Assembly: GCA_032128375.1 (NCBI GenBank)
Contig: JAQBGU010000012.1
Location: 45,900 to 109,899 of the forward strand
Direction: 5' to 3'
Origin: Deltaproteobacteria bacterium
GTDB taxonomy: Bacteria; Myxococcota_A; UBA9160; SMWR01
DNA: 64,000 bases
Below, piece after piece: positions 57,365 to 64,000 of this stretch (position 1 is the stretch's first letter; every line of letters begins with the position of its first letter). Under the pieces are notes generated by a model. It saw only the letters and a list, made by a program, of their open reading frames with translations. It did no database searches and had not been told where the DNA came from. The position numbers and the translations under genes are program-made.

Positions 57365-58615
57365 TCAGAATCCGGGGTTTCCGCCGAAATCGAACAGCAC
57401 CTTCACGGCTCGATGTTGTCCCTGGTCGTGGCAAGTCAGAAACGCATCGCGGTATTCTGAGAGCGAGAAGCGGTGGCTGATGATCGGCGTGAGGTCGATC
57501 TGATGGGTATTGATCAGCTCGAAGTACCATTCGATCGCGTGCATGCGCCGGCCTTCGAAAGTTTCCATGCCGAACGCGTTCGAGCCAACGAGACTGAGTT
57601 CCTTGAAATAGAGAGGCGTCCACTCGAACCGCTTCGCGGCTTCGACCCCGAGCGCAACGATCGTGCCGCGTGATCGCGTCACCCGGACGCCTACCTCGAG
57701 CGTGCCGGGCGACGTGACCGTGTCGTAGAGGGTGTGGACACCTCCACCCAGCATCGGGAGGCCGCGCCACGGTTCGAGCAGCTCCGCTTCGGTCTCTGCA
57801 GCGATCTGTTCGATCAGCGTTCGATGGGGTGCGTGGGCGAACACGCGGTGGGCGCCCAGTTTTTCGGCTAACGTCCGCTGATGGGCGAACCGCGCCACTG
57901 CGAGTATTCGCACGCGCGGGTGCCGGGCGCGCAGAATCGCAATGGCCGCGAGTCCGAGCGTGCCGCAGCCGTACACGAGCGCGAAGGCGCCGTCCTCGGC
58001 GGGCGGCGGATGCCCGCCGATCGCATGCAGCGACACCGCAAATGGATCGGCGAGTACGGCCACCTCGTCCGGGATGTCGTCGGGAATCGGAATGCACATC
58101 GATTCGTGAGCGGGTACGCGCGGAGCGAAACCGCCGGTCGCGTCACGGCTATTTCCGGTGTGAATGCCGGGCTCGAGATCGCCGCGTCGAAAGTTCGCGC
58201 ACTGAGCGAGATCGCCGCGTTCGCACCACTCGCACAGCGGTAGCCCGCGAGGGGCGCACGAAAGCCATGGGTTGAGTACTACCCGCTGTCCAACCGCGAG
58301 TCCCGTGACCCGCGGTCCGACTTCGTCGATCACCCCGACGACTTCATGACCCAACACCTGCGGAAAGCTGATCATCGCGGTCATCGGGTTGTCGATGCTG
58401 CCGTTGAGGAAAACCTGTTTGTAGTCACTGCCGCATAGTCCGCAAAGCCGCGTGCGAATGACCACCCAGTCGTCGGCTGGCAGCCGCGGTTCGGGGATAT
58501 CGCGCAGCCGTATCGGCGATAGCGCGCCAACGAACGCGCGTGGCGTGAGGAGCGAAAGTAGCTTCGTGGCTGCGAGTCGCGGAAAGCTGTTTTCGAAAAC
58601 CAGTGCCTTCATCAT
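57365..58615 (-). CDS. Zinc-dependent medium-chain dehydrogenase
   Basis: CGLCGSD, LGHEVVG, structural Zn cysteines, YGCGTLG. Confidence 0.9.
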   Translation of the reverse strand: MMKALVFENSFPRLAATKLLSLLTPRAFVGALSPIRLRDIPEPRLPADDWVVIRTRLCGLCGSDYKQVFLNGSIDNPMTAMISFPQVLGHEVVGVIDEVGPRVTGLAVGQRVVLNPWLSCAPRGLPLCEWCERGDLAQCANFRRGDLEPGIHTGNSRDATGGFAPRVPAHESMCIPIPDDIPDEVAVLADPFAVSLHAIGGHPPPAEDGAFALVYGCGTLGLAAIAILRARHPRVRILAVARFAHQRTLAEKLGAHRVFAHAPHRTLIEQIAAETEAELLEPWRGLPMLGGGVHTLYDTVTSPGTLEVGVRVTRSRGTIVALGVEAAKRFEWTPLYFKELSLVGSNAFGMETFEGRRMHAIEWYFELINTHQIDLTPIISHRFSLSEYRDAFLTCHDQGQHRAVKVLFDFGGNPGF

Positions 58616-58982
58616 GCGGACCCGTTTCACCCGAGGTTCCATGTCACGACAGCGAGATCGCAGTCGAACCGACAGCGAATTCGCAAACTAGTGGCACATC
58701 CGGAAAGTTCTGGTACATGCTGACAAAGGGATCACCGTCGCGTTGTCCGACGGAGAAGAGCGTTCTGTCGGCTTCAATCATGGGTACCGAAACTTGGCGG
58801 GTGTTGCACTAGCCCAACAGATCGGACCTATCAGGCGAAGCAGCTCGACTCTAGAATCGAGACCACGCAAATGAGGCTCGGATGCCGAACGCCAGAGGAG
58901 TGATTCGATGCATGCTAGACGTTGTTGCTGCACGTGACATCGGTGAGGGTGATGAGTAGAGCCAGCGGCGGACCTCACGCTG

Positions 58983-59408
58983 CTACTGACCCTGCGGGCC
59001 ACTGAACCCGCGGCAGACTGCTGCGAGCTTGTTGCCGTCGGGGTCGCGCACATAGGCGGCGAAGAAATCAGGGTTGTACTGAAGCCGAAGACCCGGTATT
59101 CCCTCAGACATGCCGCCGTTCGCAAGAGCTGCTGCATGAAAGGCCTCGACCTGAAGCCATGTCTGAGCCGCTAGGGCAACCATCGTACCGTTGCCGGGTG
59201 CAGCGGGCTGGTCGTTGAAAGGCTTGCACAACCAAAGCGCGAGTTCCCTGGAGCCGTGATCCTCATACTGGCCCCACCCGACCCAACTGTCCCAATCGGG
59301 TTCGCCGGAAACGTCACATCGCGATAGACCGAGGGCGCCAAGCACGGCGTCGTAGAACTTCGCAGCGCGTGCAATGTCGTTGGTACCGAGGCAGATGTAG
59401 GTGAACAT
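58983..59408 (-). CDS. VOC/glyoxalase-family protein
   Basis: LGTNDIARAAKFYDAVL, PGNGTMVAL, AYVRDPDGNKL. Confidence 0.9.
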   Translation of the reverse strand: MFTYICLGTNDIARAAKFYDAVLGALGLSRCDVSGEPDWDSWVGWGQYEDHGSRELALWLCKPFNDQPAAPGNGTMVALAAQTWLQVEAFHAAALANGGMSEGIPGLRLQYNPDFFAAYVRDPDGNKLAAVCRGFSGPQGQ

Positions 59409-59440
59409 GCGCGCTCCTCAGAACCGCACCGGCATCCGAA

Positions 59441-59587
59441 CTACCGAATTACCTCGTTTACATTTTCTATCGATTCCAACGCCTCGGGATCTGATTCATC
59501 GAGTGAGGCCACGTACGAGAACATTGCTGAGAGCATCAACACGATCCCCAGCGTGAGGACCCAGTTCCTTCTCCGATCGACACTCAT
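59441..59587 (-). CDS. 48-aa single-TM protein (probable cassette gene)
   Basis: MSVDRRRNWVLTLGIVLMLSAMFSYVASLDESDPEALESIENVNEVIR; starts 27 nt after an attC-like site. Confidence 0.6.
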   Translation of the reverse strand: MSVDRRRNWVLTLGIVLMLSAMFSYVASLDESDPEALESIENVNEVIR

Positions 59588-59614
59588 TCTCGGTGTCCCC
59601 TGGTTCGCGCCGCC

Positions 59615-59673
59615 GTCTATCGTGTGGCATAGCGGTGGTGCGAAGCGCCACCCGCCGCATGTTGTTGTTGGGC
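59615..59673 (-). other. attC-like site (59 bp, degenerate R')
   Basis: GCCCAAC-AACAACATGCGGCGGGTGG-CGCTTCGC-ACCACCGCTATGCCACAC-GATAGAC. Confidence 0.65.
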
Positions 59674-59823
59674 ACTGTCTCCTGATAACGCGTCCATTGC
59701 AAGCTGATACCCGTTTTTCGAAGCCTTCTCATCAAGATAGTGAAGCTGTTATTGCGGGTCATCCGTTTCGTATGCGTAGTCATACATCGCGGGAGTATAT
59801 TCATCGTCGGCCGTCTTCTTGAG
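59674..59823 (-). pseudogene. Sel1-repeat-like gene fragment running into the attC
   Basis: LKKTADDEYTPAMYDYAYETDDPQ*QLHYLDEKASKNGYQLAMDAL with an in-frame TAA. Confidence 0.4.
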
Positions 59824-60143
59824 GTCTGACTGCCCTTCTGTTGGGGAGTGCCAGCGTCGACACCGAACTCGTGTATGGCCTGAATAGGGCCTTGGTCCGC
59901 TGCATGATCTTGACACGGTCCGCCTCGAGTATCGTCCCCCGCGCGGCTGAAGCCGCGGCCGCTTCAGCGGCGTGATCGCGTGATCCTCATGGAGGGCATC
60001 AACAAAACCAGCCATCGCAACCCGCGCCCCCAGACCCTCCGACGTTACATGGCACCTTCACCAATCGACTCCGAGCGAGGAGTAGGCGGTCCCGCTCGAA
60101 ACTCCTGCGCTCGGCCTCGCGATGGCTGCCGCTCATTCCGTCG

Positions 60144-60980
60144 TCATATCGTGATTCTGGCGAGCTCGTAGGCGAAGGTCGAGTCCTGACGAAACGAGTC
60201 ATTTCCGTCGGACCCGATGAGTCGCGCGCGCATGTCGTTTTCGAACTCGTCTGCGTGTTGGCCAAGCACTGTTCGGTTGAGAAAAGAGGTCGAGTAGACG
60301 AACCCGGTGAGCGACTCGACGGTCCACCACTGTGAGACAGTGAACTCAAAGCGCCCTTCGTAGGCGAGCCCTGTTCGTCGGAGAACCTCAGCATGGGGAT
60401 CGCGGTCAATGACCTGCCTCCATCCCTGCGGCACCCGGTCGTCCGCTCCGAGTTTGTGCTGCCACCTTTGGAGCGTCTCGGCCAAATCCAATTGCCAAGG
60501 CAGCGCACCGCGCCAGGGTGTGCCGGCCCAGAGCAACGCAACACACCCACCGGGTTGAAGTCGGGGCACTAACCGCCGCACTACCAAGCCACGTTCCAGG
60601 CGATGGAAGGCGTTGCCAATCGCGACCAACTCGAAAAGGCTGCCGAGACTCACGCGCTCAGCCGACGCCGCTACCCAATCGATGTTGTCTACGCCAAGCG
60701 TCGCCGCCTTGCGCCGGGCGAGTTCGATCGATTCGACCTCCTGATCAACGGCTACGACCTCGACAAACTCAGATGCGAGCGCGAAGGTGATCTGACCTGT
60801 TCCACAAGCGAGATCCAGAAGCCGCCCGGCCGCAGTGATGGGTACGCGTGCGCGCAGATCGTCAAGCAGGACTTGCGGGTACGGCGGCCGGTAACGCTCG
60901 TAATACTCGGCGGTTCCCTTGTACAGGTCCGATTGATACAGCATTACCCGATACTCATCTTTCTCCCACTCGCCTTCCAT
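60144..60980 (-). CDS. Class I SAM-dependent methyltransferase
   Basis: YERYRPPYP, LLDLACGTG, GNAFH, LQPGG. Start uncertain. Confidence 0.88.
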   Translation of the reverse strand: MEGEWEKDEYRVMLYQSDLYKGTAEYYERYRPPYPQVLLDDLRARVPITAAGRLLDLACGTGQITFALASEFVEVVAVDQEVESIELARRKAATLGVDNIDWVAASAERVSLGSLFELVAIGNAFHRLERGLVVRRLVPRLQPGGCVALLWAGTPWRGALPWQLDLAETLQRWQHKLGADDRVPQGWRQVIDRDPHAEVLRRTGLAYEGRFEFTVSQWWTVESLTGFVYSTSFLNRTVLGQHADEFENDMRARLIGSDGNDSFRQDSTFAYELARITI

Positions 60981-61034
60981 TCCGAAAGGCCCAAACGGGT
61001 CGATACCGGTCAGCGCACCGGCTCTCGCGGTGCG

Positions 61035-61133
61035 GCATAATGCCCGGAGCTCAGAGGTCCGGCCAAAAGGCGCGGCTTTTTGCGAAGCGAATTTCTGACA
61101 CGTTTGTGGGTCATCTGCGGAGAGCGGTTAGGC
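61035..61133 (-). other. attC-like site (degenerate)
   Basis: R'' GCCTAAC contains the HIT gene stop; central TTCGCTTCGC; L'-like CTGAGC; R' ATTATGC (GTT mutated). Confidence 0.6.
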
Positions 61134-61577
61134 GACGATCCCAGATTTCTCGAGATACGCATGAATTTCCTTCATCAACGAATCGTCTCGTTCGTGGTCA
61201 AATTTTGGCGCCATGTCCCAATCGTAGAACCAAACGGGGCGAGTCCTCAAATCCGCTGGCTCGTCTTCGTACCGCGGAAATACATGAACGTGAAGTGCAG
61301 GCTCCAGATTCCCCAGAATCTCGTAATTGATCCGTATGGCGTTGGTAAGCTCAAGAAGTGCATCCCCGAGCACGGAAGCCTCATACAGAAGAGTCTTGCG
61401 ATCATGAGCGCTCAGCTCATTTAGGTCCCCCACGACGGGGTCCGGGAGTATTAGTGAATACCCCCTAAGGAACTGCACGTCGCCCAGAACGACCCACCCG
61501 GAATTGATCCTGCATATCGCCTTTGGATTGGTACGTGAGCGACACTCGGCAACCCGTTGGTGGATCAGCGTAGACAT
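61128..61577 (-). CDS. HIT-family protein
   Basis: QFLRGYSLI, RINYEILGN, LHVHVFPRY. Confidence 0.88.
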   Translation of the reverse strand: MSTLIHQRVAECRSRTNPKAICRINSGWVVLGDVQFLRGYSLILPDPVVGDLNELSAHDRKTLLYEASVLGDALLELTNAIRINYEILGNLEPALHVHVFPRYEDEPADLRTRPVWFYDWDMAPKFDHERDDSLMKEIHAYLEKSGIVA

Positions 61578-61742
61578 CGTCGCCTTCTATGCTGGCCTCG
61601 CTGTCGACCCCTGTAGCTGACTCTTTGATTCTACATCCGCAGGTCTCTCTTCGGGAGATCAACGAGGATGTTTCTGGCGGCTTTGCGATGCGTCCGGACT
61701 TGCCAAACCACCTTCGATCTCGAACGGTGTGTAGATCGTCAT

Positions 61743-61995
61743 TCAGACGCACGCGAGTAGGAAAATGACACTAGAGATGCGCCAAAGCAACGGCGCCGCG
61801 ATGGAAAGTCCGGCCAACACCAGGGGCAGCCCGCGAAAAAGAGGCAGCAGACGCCTGCGAGCAGGACGCCGCGAATCAGAAGAGCGACACCGGGCTCGAA
61901 ATGAGCCGTCTCGCTGGGCCACTGCGACGAAGATGCTGATGAAGCCCGCAGATGTGATCGAGATTTCAGCGGACATCTGTAAGAAGGAGAGATCA
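61743..61995 (-). pseudogene. Membrane protein pseudogene
   Basis: LQMSAEISITSAGFISIFVAV / shift / GVALLIRGVLLAGVCCLFFA / shift / LPLVLAGL..LLWRISS, then TGA. Confidence 0.55.
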
Positions 61996-62242
61996 CGTTC
62001 CCCGATAGGTGTTTGGTGCAGGCTCGAATGCCTGGAACCAGAAAATGCAAACGAAAGTCGGAGACAACGGAGGAGCGACGCGCTCAAAGCGAACGCCAAC
62101 CCAAGGTCGGGGCGTCAGGGAGACGTCATTCCCTATTGACGGGGTGGTCCTGATAGGTGTGGGGCCGCAAGCGAATTTGCTCTCCGCTGGAGCTGAGACC
62201 ACAGGCGCTGACGATGGGAGAAGGAGGCACGATAGGCGGCAG

Positions 62243-62689
62243 CTAGACAGGACGCAGCTCGGTTCCGGAACCGCGAACCACAAAGAGAAGGTCGCATGGA
62301 CCTCTGCGGACGAAGCGATGCCATACACCGCGGGGGATGATGAACCCGGACTCCGCCCGCAGTTCGACCCGCCGCTCACCAGCCGCCTCGTCGAGGATGA
62401 GATCGACCTCTCCCGAGAGGAGACAGACCAGCTCGTCCCCGGCCGGATGCCTCTCCCACTCCGACGGATGGAGGTCGTCGGGCGTTCTCGCGCGATTCAA
62501 CCCGACCATCCTGCCGTCGCTCAGCTGCTGGCTCGCCTCGACCCGATCCCATAGATTTGCGGTGACCTTCACCGGAAGCGCTTGAGGACCATCCTCGAGG
62601 TGGACGAACGTGCCGCCAAGGTCGAACGGCGCCGGCGCTCGGCCCTTCTCTGCGGGCGAGCGTTTTCCGGAGTTTGCTCGGGCTCCCAT
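62243..62689 (-). CDS. Cupin-domain protein
   Basis: WERHPAGDELVCLLSG, IIPRGVWH; GGAGG RBS just after an attC. Confidence 0.9.
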   Translation of the reverse strand: MGARANSGKRSPAEKGRAPAPFDLGGTFVHLEDGPQALPVKVTANLWDRVEASQQLSDGRMVGLNRARTPDDLHPSEWERHPAGDELVCLLSGEVDLILDEAAGERRVELRAESGFIIPRGVWHRFVRRGPCDLLFVVRGSGTELRPV

Positions 62690-62727
62690 CGCGTTCCTCC
62701 TCTTGTCTGAGAGCTACGGGCCTTGCG

Positions 62728-62831
62728 GCCCAACGTCGGGATGAGCTGCAGGGAAAAGTGGCGCTCCTTTTGCTCTTCTCTTTGCAAAGGGAGTGACACT
62801 ACTCACTGTCAGCTCCATCCCTTGGTCAGAG
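62728..62831 (-). other. attC site (104 bp)
   Basis: CTCTGAC-CAA-GGGATGGAGCTGAC...CTCCCTTTGC...GCAAAAGGAG...GCAGCTCATCCC-GAC-GTTGGGC: paired L boxes with extrahelical bases and canonical R' GTTRRRY. Confidence 0.85.
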
Positions 62832-62846
62832 GCAGCGGGATTCTGC

Positions 62847-63245
62847 TCATACGTTGCCCAACAAAACTTGTGCGCCCACTAACACCAACCCGAGCGTAGC
62901 AAGATTCCAGCTGAACGTCCGCAACCACGGAACTCCCAATGCGTACAGCGGAAGAAACAAGATTCTGCCAATGAGGTAGATGATGGAACCCCAGTAGCTT
63001 AACGAGCCGTAGACGTTCGTTAGATGCACGAGCAACACGCAAACCGCGAATATGACGAACGTTTCCAGAAAATTATGCTGTGCTCGGTGCAGTCGGCCGG
63101 CGACGCCAGACGGCTGAAGGTTTTCATCTCTGGCGCCAACAGTGTATTTATTGCCAACTTGGGATCTAAAGGCAAATGAAGCCGCGGATAGGTGGACGAT
63201 TCCTAGCAACGCAGCCGCAAGCAGAATCCAAAGCTCAAACGTCAT
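62847..63245 (-). CDS. MAPEG-family membrane protein
   Basis: GARDE, AGRLHRAQHNFLETF, GRILFLPLYALGVPWLRT; true start ATG 63245. Confidence 0.88.
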   Translation of the reverse strand: MTFELWILLAAALLGIVHLSAASFAFRSQVGNKYTVGARDENLQPSGVAGRLHRAQHNFLETFVIFAVCVLLVHLTNVYGSLSYWGSIIYLIGRILFLPLYALGVPWLRTFSWNLATLGLVLVGAQVLLGNV

Positions 63246-63264
63246 GGGACGTATCCCTGCCGCC

Positions 63265-63859
63265 ACCGGGTAGGCCGGGGCTGTTGCCAGCCCAGGCACC
63301 GCTAAGAACCGTACGTGAAAGTTTCCCTTCATACGGCTCAAGCCAAATCAAAGGCCAGTTCCCCAACTGACCCAGCTGTCGAGTGTACGATCGATGTCGC
63401 CATCTGTCGCATCGTCGATCCTAGAACGCGGGTTGCACGACGGACCTGTGTCTGGCCAACGAACCCTTCCGCAGTTTGCGCTCACGGAAGCAGCTCGCGT
63501 GGTCAGGGTCGAAGACCGTTGCCGCACCGCGTCTCTTGACGTCTCTACGAATGCGTAGGCTACTCGCCCGGAAGAGATCGACGTCCTTGTCGGTTCCGTC
63601 TGCACTGCGAGTTTTGGCGGCGGATCACGAGGCGGCACCGTTAAGACCAACCTCCCACTCCCATTGCGCCTGTCAGCCACTTTGGCTCGTCTCCGTAACG
63701 ATCTTTATCACAGTTTCACGTATGTTCACCGTACCCGCTGCCTGGCCATCACCCGCCTCGTGACTGACTGGCGGGAGGGAGGTCCTCTCGCGATTCCCTC
63801 CCCGCACACCGAGGTGTGCTTTTGTACCTTTGTCAGGTCCGCTCCCTATTCAGGACCTA
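63265..63859 (-). mobile_element. Group II intron remnant (IIB/CL-like) with the RT region deleted
   Basis: Domain V GAGCCGTATGAAGGGAAACTTTCACGTACGGTTC (63306-63339); domain VI ending CTACCCGGT; domain-I-like GCGGGTACGGTGAACATACGTGAAACTGTGATAAA...GAGCCAAA. Confidence 0.85.
63421..63600 (-). pseudogene. C-terminal fragment of a group II intron-encoded protein
   Basis: DLFRASSLRIRRDVKRRGAATVFDPDHASCFRERK resembles the I-x-RHVK-x-x-G-x-A-x-P-F-DP tail of CL-class maturases. Confidence 0.7.
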
Positions 63860-64000
63860 AGGACTCGCGAAAGAATAACTCCCGTTTTTCAGGCAGGTTC
63901 GATGGTGTAGTTCCACCTGGGTAGGGCGTCGTCCTTGCAAAGTGCGAGATCGCGCATCTGTTCATCGGTGATCTTCACTCCCTTCTTGTAGCGTCTGCGA
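63860..64000 (-). mobile_element. Right end of an ISAzo13-family insertion sequence (transposase C-terminus 63889..>64000)
   Basis: RRYKKGVKITDEQMRDLAL...PRWNYTIEPA* followed by an IR-like TTATTCTTTCGCGAGTCCT. Confidence 0.8.

Noticed and set aside
58690..58735. dif site or sigma-54 promoter
   Set aside because: TGGCAC lacks the -12 TTGC, and there is no TTATGT XerD arm.
58812..58931. Additional attC after the VOC gene (GCAGCAAC...GTTGGGC on the minus strand)
   Set aside because: Core-like ends are present but I could not see paired L boxes.
63246..63341. N-terminal extension MSRMKGNFHVRF... on the MAPEG ORF
   Set aside because: It is the translation of group II intron domains V-VI; the real start is ATG 63245.

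Overview
GC-rich bacterial chromosomal window. The gene content suggests a Myxococcota/deltaproteobacterial-type organism (inference only). Left end (0.3-7.2 kb): the tail of a PEP-CTERM gene, then an unusual locus of two AlkP-superfamily (phosphodiesterase-type) paralogues, two small proteins sharing a C-terminal L-[RK]-x-L-G-Y-I motif, a membrane protein resembling EMC3/TMCO1 (DUF106), and a sulfotransferase. The middle is mostly housekeeping: leuA with an unannotated Leu-rich attenuator leader, tandem ArsA/Get3-HSP20 ATPases, type II PanK, ExeA/ExeB, rhomboid, PBP1a, gshB, a histone-like gene split at a G-run, an NtrC-type regulator, ogt, metB, feoAB, gpsA, and a nuo operon lacking nuoB/C/D/I. 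TauD and amidase pseudogenes also lie here. Right end (59-64 kb): a decaying integron-like cassette array on the minus strand with three attC-like sites and no integrase in the window. A deleted group II intron abuts a cassette start in the sense orientation and is itself interrupted by an ISAzo13-family element. No rRNA, tRNA or CRISPR array was recognised. All family calls come from motif recognition, not database searches.
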